Below are positions 10,128 to 19,190 of a stretch of 32,000 nucleotides of DNA, one piece after another. A program made the translations under genes and the position numbers. Origin of the DNA: Candidatus Scalindua sp. Its GTDB lineage: Bacteria > Planctomycetota > Brocadiia > Brocadiales > Scalinduaceae. The first letter of the stretch is position 1, and each line of letters opens with the position of its first letter. The notes under the pieces were generated by a model. It made no database searches, had not been told where the DNA came from, and saw only the letters and a program-made list of their open reading frames with translations. The stretch covers positions 3,060,001 to 3,092,000 of the forward strand of contig JALDRA010000001.1 in assembly GCA_031316235.1 (NCBI GenBank), read 5' to 3'.

Positions 10128-10162
10128 CAGGCTGTCTCGGAATAGGGTTCCCTGACAGCCTG
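10128..10162. terminator. hairpin between convergent genes (possible bidirectional terminator)
   Basis: caggctgtc (10128-10136) pairs perfectly with gacagcctg (10154-10162) around a 17-nt loop. It lies between the DUF123 stop and the FKBP stop. No strong U-tract on either side. Confidence 0.3.
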
Positions 10163-10203
10163 CTGATGCTATCTATTGCCTGAAAACAGAGTGTATTGTA
10201 TCC

Positions 10204-10986
10204 CTATTCCGATGAGCTGTCTGCCTTGGCTCTCTCTTCCATCTCTTTGATATCAACTACCTTAACATCAAAGTAAAGAGTTTGACCAGCCAGACGATGA
10301 TTGAAGTTGAGGATAACCGTATCTTCCTTAATCTCTGCTACCCAGGCCTGAACAACTTTTCCACTGGCATTCTGCCCCTGAAGTGGAGTACCAACTACCA
10401 GAGCGTCCGGTGGCAGTTTATCCTTACTGATCTCACGATACTTTTCATGATCGATTGGTCCATAACCATGTTCAGGTTCAACAACAACGTGTTTGCTCTC
10501 CCCGACCTTCATGCCATCCAACGCTAACTCCAGTCCCGGAATAATATCATTGGAACCATAGACGAAATTTAACGGATCTTTACCTACGTTTGAATCCTGT
10601 ACTGACTTGTCTTCCAGCATGAGGGTATATTCAATCGAGACTATTTTGTCAGATGATACCGTTAATCCAATATCTGTGGGTGTTTCTGATGTTTCCGTTT
10701 CATGATCTTTCTTATGAGATTCCGATTCTTTTGAGGCAGCTGTTTTTTCTCTCTCTTTCTCTGTTGTATCGGCAGCAGCTTCTTTATGGGCATCGGCTGA
10801 TGTGTGAACGGTTTCTCCTGCGTGTTCTTCCTCTGCGGTGTGAGCAGCCTCTTCAGTATGACTCTCTGCTGCTTTGGTTGACTCCTGCTCATGATGAGAC
10901 TCAGCATAAACGACCGTCGAACGCAATAGGGCACAAACTATTGAACAAGCAACTATCCACTTATTTACAGCACATAATTTCATCAA
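10204..10986 (-). CDS. exported FKBP-type peptidyl-prolyl isomerase, SlyD-like, with N-terminal His/Glu-rich low-complexity region
   Basis: 260 aa. Signal peptide MMKLCAVNKWIVACSIVCALLRSTVVYA, then a 77-aa E/H/T/A-rich segment. The following FKBP + IF-domain core (IVSIEYTLMLEDKSV...NFVYGSNDIIPGLELALDGMKVGE...NFNHRLAGQTLYFDVKVVDI) aligns by eye with SlyD. Confidence 0.75.
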   Translation of the reverse strand: MMKLCAVNKWIVACSIVCALLRSTVVYAESHHEQESTKAAESHTEEAAHTAEEEHAGETVHTSADAHKEAAADTTEKEREKTAASKESESHKKDHETETSETPTDIGLTVSSDKIVSIEYTLMLEDKSVQDSNVGKDPLNFVYGSNDIIPGLELALDGMKVGESKHVVVEPEHGYGPIDHEKYREISKDKLPPDALVVGTPLQGQNASGKVVQAWVAEIKEDTVILNFNHRLAGQTLYFDVKVVDIKEMEERAKADSSSE

Positions 10987-11564
10987 GTCTTCCTTCCTTA
11001 AAAAATAGTGATTACAATCTGGCAGGAAAAGATCGATGAGTGGTATTAAACAACCCCATGTATAATTTCCAGCGCTTAATTCTACATACTATGACATAAA
11101 ATGGTATCTCTCTTTATGATAAATTGCAAGAAAAAAGTACGATGCGGCATTTTACCAGGAGGTTAAAATTTAAGGATTGAGGAAAAAACAACCGGCTGTT
11201 TTATTGTTATTGGTTTCGGGTCAGTTTTGGTCAGGCTGATCAAGCTAAACCCTGGGCTTAACATAGCTGCACCGAGGATTTAGCGAGTGAAGAGAGGACG
11301 AATATGGCCTGAAACTGAGATGCCGGTCCAGATGATGCGGTTCGCCATCCCGCCGACCCGTCCGACTGTATCCGGGTGGACCGGTATTCTGAATGGTACA
11401 GACGGGAATGGCAAGCGGTAGTGACCTCAATCCCGGGAAGTATTTTCTGCATTTTCTCTTGATCTTGGCAGTATTTTTGTATAATGATTCTGTCTGCCCT
11501 TTTTAAAGGAATTCTCGTAAAATGGGGTGCTACCGGCTGGTAATAAAAAAAATAGAGAACCATT

Positions 11565-12854
11565 ATGGAATTTTTAATAGATGGCATATATATAGGATTG
11601 TCCATTGTTCTCTCACCATGGATTACGTACCTTTTTATTTCCAGAAAGAAATTTCGACAGGGGATATGGGACCGTTTTGGATTTTGTTCACTTACAGGGC
11701 TTCAAAAAGAGACGATATGGATCCATGGATCTTCGGTTGGTGAGATCATGCTGCTCAAACCCCTGATAAGTCATCTTGAGAGAGAATTACCGGAAACACC
11801 CTTCATCATCACTGCCTTTACCCCTACAGGCAAACTCGCTGCGCAGAAGTATTTTCCCCACCACAAGGTGTTATATTTTCCGCTTGATCTCTCGTTTATT
11901 GTAAAAAGGTTCTTTCGGTTATTAAGACCAAGAGTTATCATTATTTTTGAATCGGAATTTTGGCCAAATTTTATTTATTCTGCCCATAAGCAAAAGATCC
12001 CGATTGTTCTCCTGAATGGGAAAATTTCCGGGAGATCTCTTTGTATATATAGAAAAATGTTATTTTTCAGGCGAGTGCTATCTACTATTTCTGCTCTGGC
12101 GGTACAAAACGAAGAATATGCATGCCGTTTCCGTTTACTGGGAATTCCGCAGGGGAAAATAACAACTACGGGTAATATGAAATACGATTTAGTAAGTGAG
12201 CCCGATAATAAGACGAAGTCTTTTTTCCGGGAAAAATTTGGTTACCCGGATAATAAGATAATACTCATCGGAGGGAGTACTCACCCTGGTGAGGATGAAG
12301 CACTGCTGTATGCCTTCAGCAGATTAAGAAATGAGGGTTATCATCTGGAATTACTCATAGTACCCCGTTACCCTGAAAATGTTACAAATATTGAAACTAT
12401 TGTCAGGGGCTATCACTATGCACCGATCAGAAAGACATTGCTTGATAAACAGAAGATCAGGAATACGGATGATTTTTCAGATAGCGTGCTCATAGTAGAC
12501 ACCATTGGAGAATTAAATACGATGTATCGTATTGCAGACATAGCCTATGTTGGAGGAAGTTTATTTTACCGGGGAAGCAATAAAGGAGGTCATAACATGA
12601 TGGAACCGGCAATTCTCGGTCTGGCCATTTTGTTTGGGCCTTATAATTACGCATTTCAGGATACCGTTAACGACTTAATGAGGGCAGAAGCTGCAGTAAT
12701 GGTACGTGACAGGGAAGAACTTTATGGTGAATTAAAGGAGTTTTTACGGAATCCTGAAAAAATATCACGTTTAGGGGAATCTGCCCGTGATGTGATTGTA
12801 AAGAACCGGGGTGCAACCAGGCGCAATTTTGAATTATTACGCCCATATCTGTGA
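11565..12854 (+). CDS. waaA: 3-deoxy-D-manno-octulosonic acid (Kdo) transferase
   Basis: 429 aa. Has an N-terminal membrane anchor, WIHGSSVGE (the KdtA W.HA.SVGE motif), a PRYPE segment, and a C-terminal GGSL....GGHNMMEPA motif typical of WaaA/KdtA. Confidence 0.85.
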   Translation: MEFLIDGIYIGLSIVLSPWITYLFISRKKFRQGIWDRFGFCSLTGLQKETIWIHGSSVGEIMLLKPLISHLERELPETPFIITAFTPTGKLAAQKYFPHHKVLYFPLDLSFIVKRFFRLLRPRVIIIFESEFWPNFIYSAHKQKIPIVLLNGKISGRSLCIYRKMLFFRRVLSTISALAVQNEEYACRFRLLGIPQGKITTTGNMKYDLVSEPDNKTKSFFREKFGYPDNKIILIGGSTHPGEDEALLYAFSRLRNEGYHLELLIVPRYPENVTNIETIVRGYHYAPIRKTLLDKQKIRNTDDFSDSVLIVDTIGELNTMYRIADIAYVGGSLFYRGSNKGGHNMMEPAILGLAILFGPYNYAFQDTVNDLMRAEAAVMVRDREELYGELKEFLRNPEKISRLGESARDVIVKNRGATRRNFELLRPYL

Positions 12855-12855
12855 G

Positions 12856-13698
12856 TTAAAAAGAGTTGTTTTTCAGGCTTTTTACCAGTGTGTGTATCTC
12901 TATGAGAGGCTGCACAAATCCTTTTAGCTCTTTAACAGGTATTTGACTTGCTGCATCACATCTGGCATTTGGGGGATCGGGATGGGTCTCAATAAACAGT
13001 CCATCAATACCGGCTGCCACACCGGATCGGGCGATAACGGGTAAAAATTCTCTGGTCCCGCCTTTAGGGTCCGAACTTGGTATACCATATCGCCTTATAC
13101 AATGAGTAATATCAAAGATAACCGGATATCCAATCTTGTTTAAATAATAGAAACTCCTGGGATCTACAACGAGATCATTATAGCCGAATGTGTAGCCCCG
13201 TTCGGTCAACATGATTTCCCTTGAACCGGTTTCTTCAACCTTTTTTACGGGTTTGATCATGTTTTCCGGAGCGAGAAATTGACCATGCTTTATGTTAACG
13301 GGTTTGTTTGTCTTTGCCGCGATAAGGAGGAGCTCAGTCTGCATACACAAATATGCGGGAATTTGAATAACATCAAGAACATCACTTGCTTCATCAATCT
13401 GATGGGGGTAATGCACGTCTGATATAACGGGGATTTTAAATTCCTGCTTAATCTTTTCTAAAATACGCAGTCCCTTCTCAATACCCGGACCGGTATAATA
13501 ACTTGCCGAACTTCTATTATCTTTCTGGAAAGAAGACTTGAAGATAAGGGGAATAGATAACTCAGCAGTTATGGTCTTCAATGTCTCAGCAGTCTTCAAC
13601 ATTAAAGATTCTTCCTCGATGACACACGGGCCTGAAATAAGAAACAGTTTATCTGCGCCGCAATCTATGTTTCCAACCTTTACCGTCCTTTTTGACAT
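12856..13698 (-). CDS. kdsA: 3-deoxy-8-phosphooctulonate (Kdo-8-P) synthase
   Basis: 280 aa. LISGPCVIE, FKSSFQKDNRSS (compare KSSFDKANRSS), IQIPAYLCMQTELL, NIKHGQFLAP, LTERGYTFGYNDLVVD and FDITHC are all typical KdsA blocks. Confidence 0.9.
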   Translation of the reverse strand: MSKRTVKVGNIDCGADKLFLISGPCVIEEESLMLKTAETLKTITAELSIPLIFKSSFQKDNRSSASYYTGPGIEKGLRILEKIKQEFKIPVISDVHYPHQIDEASDVLDVIQIPAYLCMQTELLLIAAKTNKPVNIKHGQFLAPENMIKPVKKVEETGSREIMLTERGYTFGYNDLVVDPRSFYYLNKIGYPVIFDITHCIRRYGIPSSDPKGGTREFLPVIARSGVAAGIDGLFIETHPDPPNARCDAASQIPVKELKGFVQPLIEIHTLVKSLKNNSF

Positions 13699-13743
13699 AT
13701 ATTGATACCTGACAGAAACAGCAAACCGTGAGATTTGCGAACG

Positions 13744-14766
13744 TTATCCGATAAGCCCCATTTTTACAAAATCCTGGATGTCCAACATTCCCAATGGCTG
13801 TGCATTTTCAACAACAATTATGTTGTCAATTTGGTTCTCTTTAAAAAGGTTTACGGCTTCATAAAGGAGTGCATCTACATTGATCAAAACACACTTTTTG
13901 TATTGGAAGTCTGACATCTTCTTGTTTGTTATACTTTTACCTTCTGTTTTCAAGTGTCTGCGAAGGTCTCCATCAGTAAAAATTCCTAAAAGGGTGTTGC
14001 CATCATCGACCACAGATACTGCGCCAAGCTTCGATTCTGTCATTTTTACTATTGCATCCATGATGGAATCAGAAGATCTGCAGACAGGGTTTTCTGACCT
14101 GATGACGTCTCTTACCTTCAAGGTCATGAGCTTGGTGTGTTCGTAAAACTGTTCTATACCAAGCGTAGTCAGTGTGTTTTCCGTCAGCCTTTTGAAGACG
14201 TTCCAGGGGACAGTACATGCGTGAGCACCCAGTAAAACAGCCTGTCTCACGTGTTCCGGGTGCCGAACAGAAGAAACCATGACCTTTGTAGGATAGTTAT
14301 ACCGTTCAACCATAGTAATGGACTGTGCAATCAGGGCCATAGCGTCATGCCCCTGATCGTGTAACCGTCCTACCAGCGGGCAGATATAAGTTGCACCGGC
14401 ATTCGCTGCCATATATGCCTGGTTGAGAGTGTAAATGAGATGTACGTTAACTTGATGTCCCGTATTGACAAGTGTCCGGCAGGCCTTGATTCCCTGGTCA
14501 AAGACGGGGATCTTGAATACCGGTCTGTTTTTTAACGGAAGATTAAGAATCCTGTTTGCCTCGCTGATGGTCTCTTCATAGCTCTCACCCAGGGCTTCTA
14601 CGTGCAGCATTGGGACCATACCTGATAGTTTGGCTATAGCCCCGTCAACATCAGCGATGCCATGTCTGTGCATGAATGTTGGTGTTGTTGTCAGCCCGGC
14701 AAAAACTCCTGTACTGAATGCCTCTTCTATCTCTGAAAAATCAACAGAATCCAAAAATAGTTCCAT
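13744..14766 (-). CDS. fructose-6-phosphate aldolase/transaldolase (TalC/FSA subfamily) domain fused to a KdsD/KpsF-type CBS pair
   Basis: Residues 1 to about 215 align along their full length with E. coli FSA as I recall it: MELFLDS, GLTTTPT vs GVTTNPS, the Schiff-base lysine context VFKIPV vs VVKVPV, AGATYICPLVGRL vs AGAEYVAPYVNRI, and VMVSSVRHP vs VLAASFKTP. Residues from about 220 to 340 form two CBS motifs, including GIFTDGDLRR, the hallmark of the KdsD/GutQ/KpsF C-terminus. Confidence 0.75.
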   Translation of the reverse strand: MELFLDSVDFSEIEEAFSTGVFAGLTTTPTFMHRHGIADVDGAIAKLSGMVPMLHVEALGESYEETISEANRILNLPLKNRPVFKIPVFDQGIKACRTLVNTGHQVNVHLIYTLNQAYMAANAGATYICPLVGRLHDQGHDAMALIAQSITMVERYNYPTKVMVSSVRHPEHVRQAVLLGAHACTVPWNVFKRLTENTLTTLGIEQFYEHTKLMTLKVRDVIRSENPVCRSSDSIMDAIVKMTESKLGAVSVVDDGNTLLGIFTDGDLRRHLKTEGKSITNKKMSDFQYKKCVLINVDALLYEAVNLFKENQIDNIIVVENAQPLGMLDIQDFVKMGLIG

Positions 14767-15105
14767 GTTTCTTCTTATCCTTTGCTCTTATCGTTTTACT
14801 GGTATGCCTTGAAATTTGAAGGTAGCTAAATATTTTGATAATACGGTAAAAAGATCTGTACCGCAATCCTCTCATGCAGTATCCGTGACAATGGAGATAA
14901 TCTTAAAGTCTTCCTTCTTATTTGGCAAGATATTTTTCAAATATATATTGTTGTAATCAAGATTAATACCTATAATTACAGCTACAAAAGGAATGCGGGG
15001 AAGAGTACAAATTACCCATATACCTTATGCATGGTAAAAGACAGTCGGTAGTTTCAACGGGTGAAAGTTCATCAAGGTTCTGATAATGAAAGGGTGGAGA
15101 CGTGT

Positions 15106-16035
15106 ATGACCGGCAGTGGCGCTGAAGAAAGTATGAAAGGTTCGATACTAGAGGAGTTTGTTGAGAGGATAACAGAAGGGAAACAGGATCGCGCCTCCCG
15201 TTTTTTTGAAATATTCTCATCACGGGGATTCCGGCTCGATCATGATACTGTTTCCGGGAAAGTACGCTTAAGTGCCGATTCCCATATTGATGATGGTGGT
15301 TTTCTTGAAATACTCCAGAATGTAAATTATAAAAAACTTTGTACGAAACCGCATCAGGACTCTATTGACAAGGATAACTCAAAGGCGGTCAGAGAGAGGA
15401 GGGGGCTCCATGCATTCTTTGATACGATTAACACCGAACAGTTTGATATTGATAATAGCGGATATGTGACTGAACTCTTTATGAATCAAATCCCCGTTGA
15501 CCTGTTTCGTTTGAATTGGGAAAGGGACTGGTATGGCAGGTTTACACAATTTAAAAATGTAGAGCATCTGCCCAAAATACGTGTATATGATCTGGAACCG
15601 TTTATCGCTCGCCTGGTGAAATCAGTTTCTGCTGTTGGTATATCCTCATGGTCTTCGTGTGAAGGCCATTGGGGTGAACCGGCATTTATAAATTTTGATC
15701 GAAAATACCACCGTATCTGGTTTCAGACAATACTGAATAAGTTTATCAGTAAGAAACTTCACCTGGTATGCAAATGGGAGTGGTGGGAAAATCGCTGCAC
15801 AATCTGCAGCCCGACTAAGGACAGTTTAGCGTTGTACTTGGAAATCCAGGAAGTAGCCCGTCTTATTTATAACCATGAGGACTTTTTAAGAAGCATAAAA
15901 AAAGAGTGCTGCGCTCTTCTGACGGACAAACATAAGAGTATGAATAAAAAAGATTTGCTCTGCACATTTGAGAGTTTATTTGAAAAGTCAATGGATAAAA
16001 AACAATCAGCATGCAGGAACTCGTTACGTTTGTAA
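15106..16035 (+). CDS. hypothetical protein (no recognisable domain)
   Basis: The ORF track gives 15061-16035 starting at a GTG. An in-frame ATG at 15106 follows a GGAG-containing stretch (ggtggagacgtgt) and is my preferred start. No signal peptide. Trp/Cys-rich C-terminal half (SSCEGHWG, CKWEWWENRCTICSP). Confidence 0.45.
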   Translation: MTGSGAEESMKGSILEEFVERITEGKQDRASRFFEIFSSRGFRLDHDTVSGKVRLSADSHIDDGGFLEILQNVNYKKLCTKPHQDSIDKDNSKAVRERRGLHAFFDTINTEQFDIDNSGYVTELFMNQIPVDLFRLNWERDWYGRFTQFKNVEHLPKIRVYDLEPFIARLVKSVSAVGISSWSSCEGHWGEPAFINFDRKYHRIWFQTILNKFISKKLHLVCKWEWWENRCTICSPTKDSLALYLEIQEVARLIYNHEDFLRSIKKECCALLTDKHKSMNKKDLLCTFESLFEKSMDKKQSACRNSLRL

Positions 16036-16065
16036 TTGCAGGTAAATAAATGGAGATATGAGTAC

Positions 16066-16180
16066 TATACTCATCTCATAATGGTTTTCGGATAAAATCC
16101 GAGATAAAATTGAGTGAGTATAACAGCAACCAAGATTTGGTTTCCGGTAAAACCGAAAACCAAATCGGTTTTAGTATATA
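16066..16180 (-). repeat. copy B of the two-hairpin palindromic repeat (full length, inverted relative to copy D)
   Basis: Over about 112 nt, 16066-16180 is nearly the reverse complement of 19402-19515, with a few substitutions. Hairpin-2 is tatactcatctca...tcggataaaatccga...tgagtgagtata (16066-16122). Hairpin-1 is gatttggtttccggt/accgaaaaccaaatc (16134-16166), 15 bp with one mismatch and an aaa loop. Confidence 0.75.
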
Positions 16181-16291
16181 ATTCACGCAAAAAAGATCCT
16201 TACAAGATTCAGGCAGGAAGATTGTTATTTATCACGAATCAGATCATGCATTGAACATTGCATACAATTTCCTTTGTGAGAATGTGCGTGT

Positions 16292-16996
16292 ATGACATTG
16301 TTAAAACTTCATTTTAAATACACCAAGATGAAATATGGATTAATAACCCTGGGAGTTCTTTTCTGTCTGCATTCATTCACACAATCGATCTATGGTAAGG
16401 TAACGGATAAAAATTTTCGTGAGTATCCTGAATTTAACGAAGTTATCAATCCAAAAAACTTTAAGTCGGAGATTTTAAATGCAGCCATTTTTTTTGCTAC
16501 CAACGAAATTCGGGCTAAAAATAGATTGTCCATATTAGATTACCACCCCTTACTTGAAGCTGCCGCAACGCTTCATTCAGAAGAAATGGTCAACAAGAAT
16601 TTCTTCGGTCACACGAATAAAAAAAATAAACGCTTGAAAGAACCGGAAGATCGCGCCAAAGTTGCCGGAATTGTAAATGCCAGCATTGCCGAAAATGTAG
16701 CAGAAGAGTTTATTCTTAATTACAAATCCGGAGATAAAGTGGTAGCCCGGGGTCCCGGCGAATTTTCAAAACAAAATTCAAACCAGCTGTTACCGGCTCA
16801 CACCTATTTAACACTAGCTGATCAATTACTTGCAAATTGGATGAATTCTAAAGATCATCGAGCCAACATACTGTCAAACAAAGCGGTTCAGCTTGGTTGT
16901 GGTACAGCTTTCTACAAAATGCAGAATTTTAATGATATGCCAGCAGTCAAAGCAACTCAAAACTTCCAATGGTTCCATAAGGTAAAGTCCAGGTAA
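16292..16996 (+). CDS. secreted CAP/SCP/PR-1-like domain protein (YkwD-like)
   Basis: 234 aa. The signal peptide starts at the internal Met (MKYGLITLGVLFCLHSFT), so the true start may be 16328. The CAP-domain pattern is present: NEIRAKNRLSILDYHPLLEAAATLHSEEMVNKNFFGH...NWMNSKDHRANIL...LGCG. Confidence 0.7.
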   Translation: MTLLKLHFKYTKMKYGLITLGVLFCLHSFTQSIYGKVTDKNFREYPEFNEVINPKNFKSEILNAAIFFATNEIRAKNRLSILDYHPLLEAAATLHSEEMVNKNFFGHTNKKNKRLKEPEDRAKVAGIVNASIAENVAEEFILNYKSGDKVVARGPGEFSKQNSNQLLPAHTYLTLADQLLANWMNSKDHRANILSNKAVQLGCGTAFYKMQNFNDMPAVKATQNFQWFHKVKSR

Positions 16997-17361
16997 TACT
17001 CTTTCAACGGCAATGAGAATATTCAGAGATCATGCAGATGCATTCAGCACGGGTTGTTCTTTTTTTATTTGAAATGCCCCTTTTATTGGATTCTCACAAT
17101 AACACACTATTCTCTTATCGCAAAACGGTTGGGCGGTAATCAAGCTATTATCGGTTTTTCAGGAAAAAATCCTCACAATCACCCCGGGTCGGGGTCTCAG
17201 CTAACGCTCAAATAACCGGCAAAAATTGCAGCAGCCTTCTTTGCCTGAGTTGATTTGCCTGTATACTCCGGTCATGTATGTGAACGAACGGGGCGGAAGA
17301 GCTTTAGTTGCCGAGTCACCGCAGGTATACCTGTTTATACGGAAACCCCGTGGTTCAACCA

Positions 17362-18987
17362 CTAAATAATTATATTCTCATGCATCTCTTCACGAAGCCT
17401 TTTAACATCAGGATTTACCAGATATTCATCAAAACTCATCTTTTTATCGATAACCCCATATGGCGTTATCTCAATTATCCTGTTTGCTACTGTCTGCATA
17501 AACTGATGGTCGTGAGAGACAAACAGAATAACACCCTTAAATTGGATCAGCCCGTTGTTTAATGAAGTGATTGCTTCAAGGTCCAGGTGATTTGTAGGTT
17601 CATCTAAAAGCAGCACATTGGCTCCACTTAGCATCATCTTTGCCTGCATACAGCGCACTTTTTCACCACCTGACAGTACATTAGCCTTTTTTAATCCCTC
17701 TTCACCACTGAAAAGCATTCTTCCCAGGAAACCTCTTATGAAATTGTCGTCCTTCTCTTTGGAGTATTGGCGAAGCCAGTCAATCAAATTAACATCTTCA
17801 TTAAAGTATGCTGAATTGTCTTTCGGCAGGTATGACCGGATTACTGTTGGACCCCAGGTGAAATCACCACTATCAGCGTTAATCTCATCCATTAATATTT
17901 CAAAGAGAGCGGTTTTTGCTAAATCATGTGTTCCGACAAAAGCTACTTTGTCATCATTGTGAATGGTTAAAGTTATATCATTAAGGGCCTCTTCCCCATT
18001 CACTATTTTTGAAATGTTTTTTATTGAGAGTACATTGTTTCCGATCTCTCTTTCGGGTACAAAACGGATAAAAGGCAATTTTCTTGATGAAGGCCGAATC
18101 TCCTCAATGACCATCTTTTCAAGCATCTTTTTTCTTGAAGTAGCCTGTTTTGCTTTGGAGGCATTTGCACCGAACCGGGCGACAAATGTCTCAAGCTCTT
18201 TTCGTTTAGCTGCTGTCTTTTTGTTCGTGTCTTTTGTCTGCTGTAAAGCAAGCTGACTAGACTCAAGCCAGAAATCATAGTTACCGGTGAAGATGGCAAC
18301 TTTCCCGTAATCTATATCTGCTATATGCGTACATACGTTATTAAGAAAATGCCTGTCATGTGAAACAACAATTACGGTATTTTTGAAATTGATCAGAAAC
18401 TCTTCAAGCCAGCTAATGGATTGGATATCCAGATGGTTTGTCGGTTCATCAAGCAATAAAATGTCTGGGTTGCCGAAAAGTGCCTGAGCCAGTAGAACTT
18501 TTACCTTTTCATTGCCTGAAAGTTCAGCCATTATTTTTTCATGCAGCTCGTTTGCTATACCGAGTCCGCTCAAAAGAGTAGAGGCCTCGCTTTCAGCCTC
18601 CCATCCATTCAGTTCCGAAAACTCATCTTCAAGGTCGGAAACTTTCATTCCATCTTCATTGCTGAAATCACTCTTTGCGTAAATGGCATCCTTCTCAACC
18701 ATAATATCAAAAAGCCTTTTATGTCCCCTTAACACAGTTTCCCGGACATTGAATTCATCAAACTCAAACTGGTTCTGTTTTAAAACTGCAATTCTTTTGC
18801 CTGGTAATATACTGATGGTTCCTGAAGACGGCTCAATATCGCCTGACATAATTTTAAGGAGCGTTGATTTACCCGCGCCATTGGCTCCGATAACTCCATA
18901 GCAGTTGCCCGGACTGAATTTTGTATTGACATCTTCAAATAGTACCCGTTTTCCGTACCGTAAACTTATATTATTGGTCTGTAACAT
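17362..18987 (-). CDS. ABC-F family ATPase (YbiT-like; two ABC domains, no transmembrane domain)
   Basis: 541 aa. Two Walker A motifs (GANGAGKST, and a degenerate one in the second half), two ABC signatures (LSGNEKVKV, LSGGEKVRC), two Walker B motifs (LLLDEPTNHLD x2) and an inter-domain linker. The N-terminal half is collinear with E. coli YbiT as I remember it. Confidence 0.85.
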   Translation of the reverse strand: MLQTNNISLRYGKRVLFEDVNTKFSPGNCYGVIGANGAGKSTLLKIMSGDIEPSSGTISILPGKRIAVLKQNQFEFDEFNVRETVLRGHKRLFDIMVEKDAIYAKSDFSNEDGMKVSDLEDEFSELNGWEAESEASTLLSGLGIANELHEKIMAELSGNEKVKVLLAQALFGNPDILLLDEPTNHLDIQSISWLEEFLINFKNTVIVVSHDRHFLNNVCTHIADIDYGKVAIFTGNYDFWLESSQLALQQTKDTNKKTAAKRKELETFVARFGANASKAKQATSRKKMLEKMVIEEIRPSSRKLPFIRFVPEREIGNNVLSIKNISKIVNGEEALNDITLTIHNDDKVAFVGTHDLAKTALFEILMDEINADSGDFTWGPTVIRSYLPKDNSAYFNEDVNLIDWLRQYSKEKDDNFIRGFLGRMLFSGEEGLKKANVLSGGEKVRCMQAKMMLSGANVLLLDEPTNHLDLEAITSLNNGLIQFKGVILFVSHDHQFMQTVANRIIEITPYGVIDKKMSFDEYLVNPDVKRLREEMHENIII

Positions 18988-19044
18988 AATATTCTCTTTT
19001 CCTTAAATAAGTACTCTGTTTAAAAATTAATATCTGCATATAGG

Positions 19045-19190
19045 AGCAACCAGGCTTTGATTTTAGATTTTTCTAAAACCAAAGCCTGGTTGCTGGTATC
19101 CCCGGACAAAAAACGCCGAGGACTCTCCCCGCTCCGGTTTTTCTCGGATTGTATCCGAAAACCATTGTAAGATGAGTATATATTATGATT
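19045..19190 (+). repeat. copy C of the repeat family (diverged; long hairpin-1 plus interrupted hairpin-2)
   Basis: agcaaccaggctttgattttag (19045-19066) pairs with ctaaaaccaaagcctggttgct (19073-19094): 22 bp, one mismatch, 6-nt loop. Then comes ggtat..., an extra segment of about 38 nt, and tttttctcggattgtatccgaaaaccattgtaagatgagtata, which matches the hairpin-2 consensus. Confidence 0.6.

Noticed and set aside
10653-11039. 128-aa + strand ORF and 90-aa minus-strand ORF overlapping the FKBP gene's low-complexity region
   Set aside because: The repetitive GAA/GCA-rich coding sequence of the His/Glu tract keeps several frames open. The FKBP frame is the only one with a domain.
11225-11445. 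Specific assignment of the GC-rich intergenic segment to tmRNA, SRP RNA, or a TPP, cobalamin or fluoride riboswitch
   Set aside because: Only short partial matches exist, such as CUGAGA and CAGAUGAUGCG. The order and pairing of the conserved elements do not fit any of these families. It is kept only as an unassigned candidate.
12852-12858. waaA and kdsA stop codons separated by 1 nt (convergent, with no terminator space)
   Set aside because: The observation is real, but tight convergent packing is common in compact genomes. I see no specific functional implication.
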